Shown: positions 1 to 11,569, numbered from the stretch's first letter. The stretch: 27,223 bases of DNA from Spirogloea muscicola (GCA_009602725.1 WELB01000004.1:825277-852499), one strand, 5' to 3'. Notes: a model not told the origin generated them from the sequence alone. Translations and numbers: made by a program.

Positions 1-255
1 GGGGAAAGAAAGGGCTCGCCCATTGAGGATAGGGGCTGGACAAGCCAGCCCAAAAAAGAATGAACAAAGAACGAGAAGGGGGCCAGAGGAAGCCAGAGGA
101 AGCGCTAAGAAACCAAAGCACACAAAGAAAGAAAGCAGCTACAAATTACTCAGTAACCCCTGCTAAGCAGCCGCAAATCAGAGGCGCTAGCTAAGGTCAC
201 GGGGAGCACTGCCCCCCCTTCCCAAGCTGACCAGCGGCGCCGGGAGCAGGGTGCT
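1..255 (-). mobile_element. 5'-truncated 3' end of an RLE-type retrotransposon (family A)
   Basis: ORF end ASASDLRLLSRGY* (stop 150-152), pyrimidine-rich 3' UTR and terminal GGGCTGGC..AGCCC motif. Positions 8-181 match 23448-23621 in reverse complement with 1 mismatch. Confidence 0.85.
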
Positions 256-514
256 GCCCTTCCCGGTGGCTCGGTGCCTTTGGGTCTGGTGTCCTGCTAC
301 CGTATGCGACTGTCCGACTGTCTATGTCCCTGCAGCGCTCCCAAGCGCTTGCTTTGCACCGCCGCGCTGGTCGCGCCCTTGCAGCAGCCTCTGGCTTGCG
401 CAGCGGGGGTTGCTCTTCCTCCCCTCAGCTCATCTGACTTCCTACTGCTGACACGGGGGTATTGAGGGCGCCCTGTCTGCCTAGCCTTTGGCTCCGTCAG
501 GAACACCTGTATCC
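256..514 (+). mobile_element. 5'-truncated 3' end of an RLE-type retrotransposon (family E)
   Basis: YRMRLS / (frameshift) SLQRSQALALHRRAGRALAAASG / SSDFLLLTRGY* (stop 463-465). Homologous to 6337-6582. Confidence 0.8.
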
Positions 515-515
515 N

Positions 516-3500
516 GCGGCGCGGCGAGGCCGGGCGCCGGCTCCTGGGGCTGCTACAACTCGTGCTGCTGGACGCTGGGCAATGTGGCGGTGCTGTGGAC
601 CGCCGGGCTGCTGCTCGTGCGCCTGCTGCCCGAGGTGCACCTCATCTCGCTCGGCGAGAAGCTGACGGAGGTGATCACCGGCGCCGCGCCGGACCCCCCC
701 GGAATCCGCCTCCGCCGCGAGGGCCTCTCCGTGCGCCACCCCGTCATCTTCGTGCCCGGCATCGTCACCGGCGGCCTGGAGCTCTGGGAGCACCGCCCCT
801 GCGCCAACGGCCTCTTCCGCAAGCGCCTGTGGGGCGGCACCTTTGGCGATGCCTACAAGCGGTGACGGCCCCCGCTCCTCTGTCCTCCTCTCTCGCTGCC
901 GACCGGGCCTGGCCGATCCGACTCGGAATGGCCACTCCCTGTCACTCCCGCCTCCTTCTAGCCTTGCAGCTGTCTCTCAGGGACGACCGTAGCGAGTAGA
1001 CTTGCACCCATGTGGAGCTGCCGGCAACCCCAGGCACGTCATTGGTCCTGGTGCAGGCGGCTGTCCTCAAGCTCACGCCCCAGCTGCAGCTGCTCCACAG
1101 GCCCTTCTGCTGGCTCGATCACATGGCGCTGGACAACGAGACCGGCCTGGATCCGCGCGGCATCCGCGTGCGCCCCGTCAGCGGCCTCATTGCTGCCGAC
1201 TACTTCATGCCAGGCTACTTCGTCTGGGCCGTGCTCATCGAGCAGCTGGCCAAGATCGGGTACGACGAGCGCAGCATGTACATGGCGTCCTACGACTGGC
1301 GCCTGTCCTTTTCCAAAACCGAGGTGAGCTGGCTGACTGGCGCTTTTGCCACGCTGGTCAGCCAAGGCGGCTTCGATCAGAGCTGTGCTTTGTCCCGTGC
1401 TTCAACAGCTGCATCCTGTGCTCGCCGATGTCCCCTTTGCCCAAGCTGGATTGCCACTACACAGCGCGATCCAACGGTCAGTGTCTGCTGAGCTCTTCAG
1501 CTCTCCCTCAACAAGGCCGTCGCCTTGTCTTCTCTCACCTTTGGCAGGAGAGAGACGGGACCCTCACCAGGCTGAAGGCCAACATCGAGGCAATGGTCAA
1601 GAGTAATGGCCAAAAGGTGGTCATTGTACCCCACTCCATGGGCTGCTTGATGCTGTCCTTCTTCCTCAAGTGGGTGGAGGCCCCTGCCCCGACTGGAGGA
1701 GGAGGGGGCCCCACCTGGGTCCGCGACCATGTCCACGCACTCATCAACATTGCTGGCCCACTCCTGGGAGCTCCCAAAGTCTTCTCTGGTGTCTTTGCCT
1801 GCGAGGCGAAGGACATTGCAGTGGCTCTGTGAGCAACATCCAGCTGAACATTAGTCTTCTGCCCAGTGAATATGCAGGGCTCTCCACATTGTCGATCTAC
1901 ATGTAGAGCATCAACACCACCTGCATGCTCTGCACTCTGGCTTGCCTCTTGGTCACAACCAGAGCACAGATGTACAGAAACTTAATGTGGAAGGATGCTG
2001 TGCTGCGCCTGGCAGATCCATCGCCCCAGGCGTCATTGACCACCTACAGATGCTGCAATATGCCATGAAAGTGAGCCCCATTCTAGTCGAGCCTCTGCCT
2101 CATGCAAGCTTGCTGGCAACCCTGTGGCAGACCAGATCCACGTATTCCGGGCAGACTAGATCCATACTGTCATACAGGAGCAGCTTCTGCTGTGCGGCTC
2201 GTAGCCTTGTTGCTGAGACATCGCACTGCCCTCGTGCGCTCCACAGAAAAGCCCTCACGGCTTGTAGCTGACAGTAGTCAGTAGTCGCATATTTACTTTT
2301 GACTTGTGTTAGAATTGGCATCAGCAACAAGGCTCTAAATGCTCATGGCTCCACTCTCCTCCAGCTTACAAGGACCTGGGAGTCGTCAGCGTCCATGCTA
2401 CCTAAGGGGGGCGAGACCATCTGGGGTGGGCTTGATTGGTCACCTGAAGAGGGGGATGCCTGCTACGACTTCAAGAACCGCACCGCCAAGACAGGCCCCT
2501 TCGATGCAACGAAGGAGGGCGAAGCTGGAAAGGAGAAGCTAAGGCAACTTAGAAGGACGCCGGCATACTTTGGACGACTTCTCTCGTTTGGCGCTGACTT
2601 TGCCCAATTGCACAAGGACAAGGTTTTGGAGCTGCAGGAGGCCAATCAGAATGCTCTGCACGAGGTGAGGCTGAGCCAGTCTTGTCATGTTGTGGACCTT
2701 GTTGACGCCCCTTGCGCTGTTTGCAAAGTGCCGAGGCATCTCATGCATGTGCACATGCTGCCGCAGTTGGTGCCAATGCCCTTCTAGTAAGCAATGCAGA
2801 CGAACCCGTCACAAGCGAGGGCGTCGTAAAGCACTGCAGTGCAGCTCAATTTCTCGTTCATGCCTGCAAGTTAGAGACTACCAGCTTCTCTTACCCTTTC
2901 TATAAGCCGTAGTGTTTGTTTGACTCTGAATCCTAGCACCTGTGGGCAATACCTTCTCCATGTGCAGCACAAGGATGCAAAGACGGCGCAGGAGAAGGTT
3001 GCGAGCTGCGGAGATGCCTGGACAGACTATAGAGAGCTGAGCGATGAGACTGTGCAGGCTGTGGCTGCTCACGGAGTTTACACAGCTGGCAAGGACCCGC
3101 GCCCTGGAGCCAAGAAGGGAGACGGCGGTATACTTGAGCTGCTCAGGCTTGTGGCGCCCAGACTCATGCAGCGGGCAGATGCAAATTACGGGTTTGGCAT
3201 TGCAGATGACCTGTCCAGCAAGGAGTATGACAAACCAAAGTACTGGACCAACCCTTTAGAGAGCACGTAAGTATCTCGGCAAGCATGGTCAGGCTCCTTG
3301 CAAGGTCCCCTCCTAAAGCATAGAACCTTATTAGTCTTCTATCATCCATCCCTGCTCCTTTGAATGCTAATCTAACAGCGGAGCTTATGCATCAACTGTC
3401 CCACTCTTAGCTATCACTGGTCATCATTGTATGTTCTCTCCTACTGCTTCTGCTGGACGCAGGCGCCTTGAGTGCGGCAGTGCCGACGAAGTGCTTCTAT

Positions 3501-4077
3501 GAAGAAGCAGCTGAGGAAGGCTGATTCACATGCTACCCTGTCCTGCAGGTTGCCGAACGCGCCCGACATGGAGGTCTACTGCCTATATGGCGTTGGCTTG
3601 CCGACTGAGCGCGCCTATGTCTACAAGGTGGCACCTCCTGATGAGCGCTGCTTCATTCCTTTCCGCATCAACACGACGGTGGAGTCTCCTCTTCCCAAGC
3701 CCCAGAACGCGACCCGGAATGGCGAGGACGAGTACGAGCACGTCTCCTGCCTGAAGCAGGGCACACATTTCGTGGACGGGGATGAGACCATCCCTGTTAT
3801 CAGTGCCGGCTTCATGTGTGCCAAGGGATGGAGAGGCAAGACCAGGTTCAATCCATCAGGTGCTGCCACATACGTGCGAGAGTACGAGCACTCGCCTCCC
3901 AGTAGCTTGCTGGAGGGCAGGGGCACGCAGAGTGGAAGTCACGTGGACATTATGGGCAACTTTGCCCTCTTGGAGGACATAATACGCATTGCTGCCGGCA
4001 CACCTGGCAAAGAACTTGGGGACCGCGTGTACTCCCCAATCTTTGAGTGGGCTTCTCGGACAGACCTGAAGCTGTAG
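516..4077 (+). CDS. PDAT1: Phospholipid:diacylglycerol acyltransferase (LCAT family), 7 exons, 5' end incomplete
   Basis: GT-AG exons: <516-861, 1101-1323, 1548-1828, 2016-2070, 2365-2664, 2968-3266, 3549-4077. They splice in frame to WGCYNSCCW..HPVIFVPGIVTGGLELW..KRPFCWLDHMALDNETGLDP..ASYDWRLS..VPHSMG (catalytic Ser)..DGDETIP (Asp)..SHVDIMGN (His), matching plant PDAT1 motifs. No ATG is visible; the ORF begins at the N at 515. Confidence 0.95.
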
Positions 4078-4889
4078 CATAGCAAGCGGATTTCGGTGCA
4101 GCCCTGGCTAGAAGCTGCTCAAAGGGGCAGTCTGTGAACCGCAAGATGCAGCTGATGCCGACACCTACCTGACGTCAACACTCAGGGGTAATTTGGATGC
4201 GTGGACCTCAGCAGCATGTGCTCAACTTGAGACATGCGCAGTTTTCAGTATTGTATTGTCATCTGCCTGTGATAGGACAGGCACTCCTGGGCGTAGACGG
4301 TAATGGCACTTTGTAAAGAGTTATGCTTCTGGAGCCCTGGAGCAGCGTTAGACGCGCAGCAGCCAGGCAAGCAAGAAGAGTGTGCCATACATTTGCAGGA
4401 TTTTGGAAAGCCCCGTTTGCTGATGTCAATGTGCGGCTCTGTAGGCCACGCAACTTCACACAAGAGAACGTCAGGAGCGCTTTCACATCGCTCAAGCTTC
4501 GCTTAAGTAGGGAAGAATGCAGGGAAAGCAGTCGGTTGGAGGGAGGAAGCAAGAACATGCAGGGAGTGATCCTGTCCAAGCCTCTCAGTGACATGCGCAG
4601 GTGTTGGGGGGGGGGGTGTAGTAGGGCAGCGTCATCTCGTTGCGCAAGTCTAAGTGGAGGGCTGATGTGTTTCTCGATTGAGTGGCAAGTGTTAGAGAGA
4701 ACGCAAGGTGTGCAAATAAATCTGAGGAGGCCAGATCAAGCCAGACCACTATTCAGGATAAAAGTATTGTTAGAAATGGGGCTACACAAAGCGAAGCCCC
4801 ATGCCAGAGGGGGCTAAGGTACAACTGAGAAGGTTGCAGTGAGGATGGGGGCACGCGCCGAGTCCCCCTTCCCTGTCCCCAAGCCTGGA

Positions 4890-5060
4890 ATGCAGCACCG
4901 ATAGGTGGCGGGCAGCGGGCCTGGCAGAGCTCCCGGGCACGCCGCTTAGGGGGCTGGGCAGAGCGACGTGGCATGGCGTGGGGACACTTTTCCAGCGGCT
5001 AGCTACTCCGACTTGCTAGGCTGTTGACTAGGACTGTGAGCACCTGACTCGTAGCAGCCA
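4890..5060 (+). mobile_element. Highly decayed retrotransposon 3' end
   Basis: YSDL..RLLTRT-like terminus at ~5005-5040 followed by CTCGTAGCAGCC, resembling the ends of the other copies. Confidence 0.4.
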
Positions 5061-8000
5061 CTTGCGTAGCTGCAAAGGATGCACTTCCGGCCCCGGGTGG
5101 AAAGTAGGGAGTTGCCAGCAGCCCAGGAAGGCTGCCTGCCCCGTGTGCTCCAATGAATGGCAGCCGAGGCCGCCCATGCCTGTGGGAAGTGATGCTTGCA
5201 GGAGGATGAAGGTGAGGGGAAAGATGGGTGTTGTAGCAAGGAAGCCAGAGTCTGCAGGAGAGAGGTGTTGTACTCCTTGCACAGCTCGCCCACCATGTCC
5301 AAAGGGGCAGCTGTCTGATCAGCTAGCCTGCCCATTGGCCAATGCAGCGGGTGGGGATTGCCAGCACAAGCTGCAAAACTCCGAGGAGAGGAAGTGAGAG
5401 GAAGGGGGCAAGGTACTCCTGTGAGCAAACACGCAGATCCTCCACCACGTGGTGTGCCAAACGGGACCTTACGGATAGCCAGCCCATTTGCCGGTGTCTG
5501 GCAGCCTTGGGGAAGCTGGAGGGTGGGAAGACTGCTTGGGAACTATGCCAGGCTGATTGAGTGGTAAACCTGCAGGGCCATGGTGCCAATTCGTGGACGA
5601 CTGAAGAAGAGGCAGCCATGACCTCTGCTGATGGGCCAACATAGTGTGTGTGTCGGCTGCGGAGGAGGGAAAGAGGAGGGTGAGGTGCAAGCTCCAATTG
5701 CGCTCTGATGCCCAGGAATGTGCCAAAGCGGAAAAGCGAATATGATGGGCTGAGGGGTTCTCCCTAGAGTATGCCAGTTGTTGACCGCAGTGTCTTCCAT
5801 ATCTCCCTGCTTGCCACAGCAGCTGCCCTGGACGGCCATGGGCCATGAGGAAGGAAGGAAGGGTCGCGTTGCCCTGGACGGCCATATGCCATAAGGAAGG
5901 AGGGGACGAGCGCAGTGAAGTGGTCAAGCAGCTCCTCAATGATGACGCTGCGCTTCACTGTGTGAAGGCATCGCGTGTCTAGCCCGAAGATCATCATTGT
6001 TGGAACGACGTCATGGGCTGCGCGGTTGCCTTCAACGAGGGCCTCTGCCCAGCAAGACATGCCCGCGCCAGACTGGAAAGGCTACTAGGTGGCTGGACAG
6101 CTGGGGCTTCAGCTCGTTGCACATGGCCTTCGGTCACCAGCCGCATGAGGACCTCCGTCAATGTGATGGACCTCACACCACTTGTCGTCTTAGTGAGGGC
6201 CAGCAGGTGGCTGCAATGCAGGGCGTCAGTGATGCGAGGAATCGCGGCCCTGGCAAGCTGCCGGCAGGGAGAACCTCCAACCTGGAAGAGGTACTGTAGA
6301 TGCTCGAAGAGCCAATCAGAAGGGCCTCCTAACACCTACTCCTTGACGGTTGGTGGCTTTGGGTCTTGTGTCCTGCTACCGCATGCATCTATCTATGTCC
6401 CTCCAGTCGTCCGAAGCGCTTGCTTTGCACCGCTGAGCCGGTCGTGCCCTTAGCAGCAGCGTCTGGCTTGCGCAGTGGGGTTGCTCTTCCTCCCATCGGC
6501 TCATCTGACTTCCTATTGCTGAGACAGGGGTACTAAGAGCGCCCTGTTTGCCAAGCTAGTGGCTCTGCTGATGAAACTTATCAACACCCTCTGTATGCAC
6601 CTGGCTGGCTTTCACAGGCGCTCTGATATTGGGGATTCTTGTGAGTGCTGCTCGGAGCACCTCTGCTGAGAGGTCAAGAGGAGTGGCGAGCTTGACAACC
6701 CAGCGCTCAAGGGAAGAAGAGGATGCAGCTGGCATAAGATGGCCTCCTTGGCCTCATTCATTGTCGCCATAAGGTCGGGGCAGAGGGCCTGAGCGGCCCA
6801 CGAAAGCTCTCCTGCCCTTCTGAAGCGCTTTGCATGCGCCAGGTTGCCAACCATGGACTGTTGAGAGGGCTGTTAGAATGTGCCGCCACGCGCACGTCTT
6901 TCTAAGAGTACGGCCCCAGCAGCTGCTGCAAGCTGTTGGGCCAGCTCCTCCCGTTTGTCGCTTGTGAAAGGGGCCAGTCTGTACAGGAGGCATTTGCATC
7001 CACCAGTGCCTTAGGAGGAAAAGAGGGCCAAGCGCAAGCTTGGGAAAGAGCAGGTACATCGCCCAGACTGCCTCGTCCAATGACTCAGCTTCCACTCATG
7101 AGAGGATGGGGGCCAACACCTTGCAGCTCCCACGGCGTGCCAATTTGAAACCTTGGCAAAGGTTGTGAAGCCCGTCAAGGTGTGAGGGACGGGGGGAGGT
7201 GGGAGGTCCACAGTGGCTGCTCAATGCCAGTTCTCGGGGGAAGAAGATGGTGGCCGGAGTTTGTCCGGCAGGTGCAACTTCGCTGCCAGCTCCTGACAGT
7301 CTTGGCGGTTGCCGTAGTGTCAAGCATGGGCTGCCTGGTCTCTTGTATCGAAGAAGGCGCTGGCAGTCATGGCAGGAGACTCGCTCCGCAAGTACGGGCT
7401 CCACAAGCGGCCGAGGCAGAGGAGGCACCGGCAACGGCTCCGCAGCGGAGGCTGGTGCAGGAGATGGTGTGTGTAAGGCTGCTGGAGCTTGGGGGAAGAG
7501 TAGGATGGAGCAGAGGCTGCTAAACCCGGTCGCCACGGATGGGAGTCGCTAGATCGTGGTAGGCTGACGACGACGTCTAAGTCGGGGGTCTTACAGATCG
7601 TGGACCCTGCGTCCGAGGTGGCCGAGTAGGGGCTCGCAAGCTGGGCTAGCTTGACAGGCGCAGGGCCTGCAACCCGAGGGCTCGGGCTCCGTCGTGGTCG
7701 CTGCAGGAATGAGCACCAGATCAGGGCTGCGGCCCCTGTCGCAGCGTCGTCTGCGTCCCGCGTCGTCTGCATGCGGTGGAGCTGGCGGTAAGTGGTGGAG
7801 TGTGCTCGCCCAGGGAGAAGGAGCCGGAGGGGCCGCTGGGGGGCTGGGTTGAGGGAAGGGCGGCCACTGAAGGCATGGCAGCGCCAGGCGCAGCAGCCGA
7901 GCTGCGGGTGCCTTGAGGGCGAGCGCTGCGCTGCAGCGGCGAGCTGCCGCGCGCCGCCGCGGCGGTGAGGCCGGCGTAGGCGCCGGGGGGGGGGAGGCGG

Positions 8001-8220
8001 GAGCCATTGGGGGCAATGTGGACTGCTGGTGGCATAACGGCGGCTGTGCTGAGGCAAGGGGATATGAAAGCGGCTGCTGCTGATATGAAAGAATCGGCTG
8101 CGAAATGCCAGCCAGATGCTGATGGGAGGGGAGGGGAGTGCGCCTGCTGCTAACCTAGGGGAGCGGCTGTGAAAGCCAGCAGCCGGGTGCATGCAGGAGT
8201 GCTCGCCCATGGAGGAGGAT
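5060..8220 (-). pseudogene. Decayed long copy of a CRE-like non-LTR retrotransposon ORF (reverse transcriptase region), 3' end missing
   Basis: Frameshifted RT motifs appear in order on the minus strand: RAGELSWAAQAL..LCQLHP (~6720-6830), LGGPSDWLFEHL (~6300-6335), LLALTKTTSGVRSITLTEVLMRLV, LDT..HTVKRSVIIEEL, GIL*GEPLSP (QGDPL, ~5750-5776), LFPSSAADTH (YADD decayed, ~5645-5677), QASLPTGMGGLG..AAFLGCW (~5118-5200). Upstream is a CxxC (CHDC) and Pro-rich region. The 5' boundary is approximate. Confidence 0.8.
6337..6582 (+). mobile_element. Family E 3' fragment nested antisense inside the long RT copy
   Basis: Aligns with 261-510 and ends SDFLLL..GY* (TAA 6534-6536). It interrupts the RT between RCIQRV and LGGPSDW and is flanked by AACACC at 6331-6336 and 6583-6588 (candidate TSD). 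Confidence 0.8.
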
Positions 8221-8221
8221 T

Positions 8222-8460
8222 TCCGTGTATTTGAAACGAACAAAGGCCAAATGGCCAAGTACAAAGGCAAGCACATCTAGAGACGCACATCACCTACAGC
8301 AGATTGACCCGCTCAGTAACCACGGGTCAAGACATCAAGGTCGCTTATCGATGCCTGAATACTAGATGGCAGATACGAAGCCCTTCTGCCACCAACTAGA
8401 GCTCGCCCAGCTTTCTGGTGCAAAGCATTAGCCTGAGCACGCTGCAAACAGGCCGAAATG
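8222..8460 (-). mobile_element. Retrotransposon 3' end (family D)
   Basis: ISACLQRAQANALHQKAGRALVGGRRASYLPSSIQASISDLDVLTRGY* (stop 8313-8315), then the 3' motif CTTGGCCATTTGGCCTTtGTTcGTTTCAAATACACG. Closely similar to 24760-24994. Confidence 0.85.
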
Positions 8461-8740
8461 AGAGAAGTGGCACTCCCAATGGGGGCAAGGGCTGCGAAAA
8501 GCCAGCCCAAAAAGAATTCACAAAGGTTCAGAGGGGCCTAAGAGCAGTGAGCAGCTACAAAGGGGCCTGAGGATGCAATGGTAAAACAGGGGGAGGATGG
8601 ATCACTCAATAAGTACGAGTGAGGAGCCTCAGATCCGACAGACTAGCAGCTAACAAGGGGGCCGGAAGATGCTGTCAGAACAGGGGGAGGCTGGATCACT
8701 CAGTAGGTACGAGTGAGTAGCCTCAGATCCGACAGACAAG
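8461..8740 (-). mobile_element. Retrotransposon 3' end (family B) with a tandemly duplicated ~95-bp C-terminal segment
   Basis: Two tandem units (~8550-8644 and ~8645-8737), each encoding LSDLRLLTRTY*, followed by the motif GGGCTGGCTTTTCGCAGCCCTTGCCCCCATTGGGAGTGCCAC (8467-8508). Confidence 0.8.
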
Positions 8741-9602
8741 TTGCCGGGAAACTATCCCCCTGACGAACGATCCCCCCCTCGGCTCTGCCTGAACAATGTA
8801 TTGGCTTGAATTGGCCTCCCTCTCAATTCATGCGCCCCGCGCGCGCCTTCTCTCCTGAAAATAAGCATACGGCCGCTGCTGAAAGCGGCAGGGAGGCCAC
8901 TCGGACCACGTCGGCGAAGCGGGGCCGCCTCGGGGGGCGCGCTGGCCGTCCGATCGAGGGGGAGCATCGCACGAGCGGCGAGCGGCCCCAGCCCCCCGCG
9001 CCCAAGCCCTGCCACGTGGCGCGCGTGCGGTGGCCGGGCCCAACTGTCGGGCCCCGGGGGCTGCTGAGCTTGCTCGGCGGGGGGAGGTGTGGGCGACCGG
9101 CCGGGGGCGGCATTCGATCACCAAANNNNNNNNNNNNNNNNNNNNNNNNNNNNNNNNNNNNNNNNNNNNNNNNNNNNNNNNNNNNNNNNNNNNNNNNNNN
9201 NNNNNNNNNNNNNNNNNNNNNNNNNNNNNNNNNNNNNNNNNNNNNNNNNNNNNNNNNNNNNNNNNNNNNNNNNNNNNNNNNNNNNNNNNNNNNNNNNNNN
9301 NNNNNNNNNNNNNNNNNNNNNNNNNNNNNNNNNNNNNNNNNNNNNNNNNNNNNNNNNNNNNNNNNNNNNNNNNNNNNNNNNNNNNNNNNNNNNNNNNNNN
9401 NNNNNNNNNNNNNNNNNNNNNNNNNNNNNNNNNNNNNNNNNNNNNNNNNNNNNNNNNNNNNNNNNNNNNNNNNNNNNNNNNNNNNNNNNNNNNNNNNNNN
9501 NNNNNNNNNNNNNNNNNNNNNNNNNNNNNNNNNNNNNNNNNNNNNNNNNNNNNNNNNNNNNNNNNNNNNNNNNNNNNNNNNNNNNNNNNNNNNNNNNNNN
9601 NN

Positions 9603-9865
9603 CCATGGCCCGTGCGCTGCACCTTCGTGCCGGAAGAGCCCTAGCTGCTGCCTCTGGCTCTGTCCAGGGGACCCACTTCCAGGACCCTAGCCTCTCTGAT
9701 CTGCGGCTGCTCAGCAGGCATGACTGAGTCATTCGTAGCTGCTTTGTTTCTTCTTGTGCTTGTTTTTGTTAGCGCTTCCCCTGGCTCCCTTCTCGTACTT
9801 TGTCCATTCTTTTTTGGGCTGGCTGTTCCAGCCCCTATCCTCAATGGGCGAGCTCTTTCTTTCTC
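9603..9865 (+). mobile_element. Family A 3' end, 5' side lost in the gap
   Basis: ARALHLRAGRALAAASGSVQGTHFQDPSLSDLRLLSRHD*, 3' UTR, terminal motif at 9816-9854 and a CTTT tail. Confidence 0.85.
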
Positions 9866-10127
9866 TCCCAGCCAACCAGTTAACGTGGCCGCGCTTGTCT
9901 CCTTTCTTTTTTTTGTACTTGGCCATTTGGCCTTCGTTTGTCTCATATACACGAATCCTTCCTTTTCTTTATTGCCTCCGGCTTTCGTCAGGGGAAAATA
10001 TTCGTGTATTTGAAACAATCGAAGGCCAAAATGGCCAAGTACAAAGGCAAGCACATCTTATGACATAGCAGCTAGCATCTAGCAGCTTCTGGGCTGCTAG
10101 AGGAGTAGGAGTAGGGCAGCAGCAAAG

Positions 10128-10680
10128 GGAAGAAAGAGCTCGCCCATTGAGGATAGGGGCTGGAACAGCCAGCCCAAAAAAGAATGGACAAAGTACGAGA
10201 AGGGAGCCAGGGAAAGCGCTAAGAAAAACAAGCACAAAAAGAAACAAAGCAGCTACGAATGACTCAGTAATTCCTGCTGAGCAGCCGCAGATCAGAGATG
10301 CTAGGGTCCTGGAAGTGGGTCCCCTGGACAGAGCCAGAGGCAGCAGCTAGGGCTCTTCCGGCACGAAGAAGGTGCAGCGCACAGGCCATGGACCACTGCA
10401 GCGAGACGGCCAAGTGCATGCGATACACTTGCGCCAGCGACCCGGCTGCAGGAAAGTCTACCGGCTCACCATGGAAGCGACGGGCGATTGCGTGGCGGGC
10501 GAGCTGGTTAAGTAGCTCACGCCACCGAGCGCCCAGTGCCCCATGGATGTCAATTGCCAACGGGAAGAACGCGTCTTCCGGCGGATGGTCGGCGTACTTG
10601 ATCTCTTTTGCCCGAGCGGCGCAGGCGACGGTAGGAGGAGGGATGGCCGGGGGGGGAGAAGGGCCGGCAGTGCCCCTGAG
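10128..10680 (-). mobile_element. Family A 3' end carrying the C-terminal half of the restriction-like endonuclease
   Basis: AARAKEIKYADH..FFPLAIDIHGALG..LLNQLA..YRMHLAVSLQWSMACALH matches the KxxKY..F.P..(E/D)..G..G / S..LQR..A pattern of RLE domains. Ends SDLRLLSRNY* (stop 10264-10266). Near-identical inverted copy of 9603-9860. Confidence 0.88.
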
Positions 10681-10855
10681 GAAGAAAGAAAGAGCTCGCC
10701 CATTGAGGATAGGGGCTGGAACAGCCAGCCCAAACAAGAATGAGCAGAGTACAAGAAGCCCAAGAAGAAGGGGGCCAGGCGAAGCACTAAGGCGAAGCAC
10801 TAAGAAAGAAGCACAGAAGAAAGGGCTCGCCCATTGAGGAGAGGGGCTGGCTGTC
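10681..10855 (-). mobile_element. Two further tandem family A 3'-UTR remnants
   Basis: Terminal motif at 10693-10731 and a partial one at 10823-10852, directly upstream of the 10128-10680 copy. Confidence 0.7.
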
Positions 10856-11569
10856 GCCCATTGTCTGTAACGTTCCCAGGTTTGTGAGCGCCTGACTGTT
10901 GTTAACGCTTACCTGGTGTTCATTTGGCCGTTTGTGCCGGACGGCACGAACCGCCCTGGCACTCGTGCCGTTGTCGTTCCGTCCAGGTTCGTCCGGGTGG
11001 CCTCGCATGCTCCCGTCATGCTCAGCCCAGACATGCTCGGCGGCATGCGTGGGCCCGGACGCCCCCGACGGCATGGCCGCCCGCGGCCATGCTCGGCGCC
11101 ATGCCCGCCGCGGCCATGCCCGGCGCCATGGCGCCTGCTGGAGACAGCTCATGGTTCCCTCGTCAGGCACGCTCCTCGTGGGCGAGCCTTGGGGCGACCC
11201 CCATACACCCTTGAGGGGGGTTGGCACGGAGAAGCACTAACTATTGCACGAGCAGAGAGAGACCCGACATTAGGGCTGGGGACTCAGTGACGCTCGGAGA
11301 GGCACGCAGCCCTGCGGCTGCCTGCTGCTGTAGACCGCTGCCCCGCGCGGCTCGTTGCCGGCTGCTCTTGCGGATCTGGCGGCGTGCTGCGGGAGGTAAG
11401 GCTACAGCGTGTGCCCGTGGGTGCTATTTAGCGGCATCACCACAGGGGCAAGTCTTCCGCTGTGTCGGAGTGCTTCCTCGTGGCGGGTGGTTGTCCCTGA
11501 ATACCCAAGCACTCAAATCAATAGGACACATTCGGCTCTAACCTGCTTGTTATGTCCGAACGTGACATT

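Noticed and set aside
4323..4817. 164-aa ORF downstream of PDAT
   Set aside because: No recognisable domain; chance ORFs are common at this GC content.
5824..5912. 46-bp tandem duplication inside the RT relic
   Set aside because: Ordinary post-insertion decay with no separate function evident.
6568..6577. CTGATGAAAC as a hammerhead core
   Set aside because: No stem II between CUGAUGA and GAAA, and the motif is absent from the sister copy at ~495-505.
9816..9854. Terminal motif as an HDV-like, hammerhead or twister ribozyme
   Set aside because: It superficially resembles the HDV 5' sequence, but the nested P1/P2/P3/P1.1 topology and the CUGANGA/GAAA core cannot be built. It is kept only as an unknown structure.
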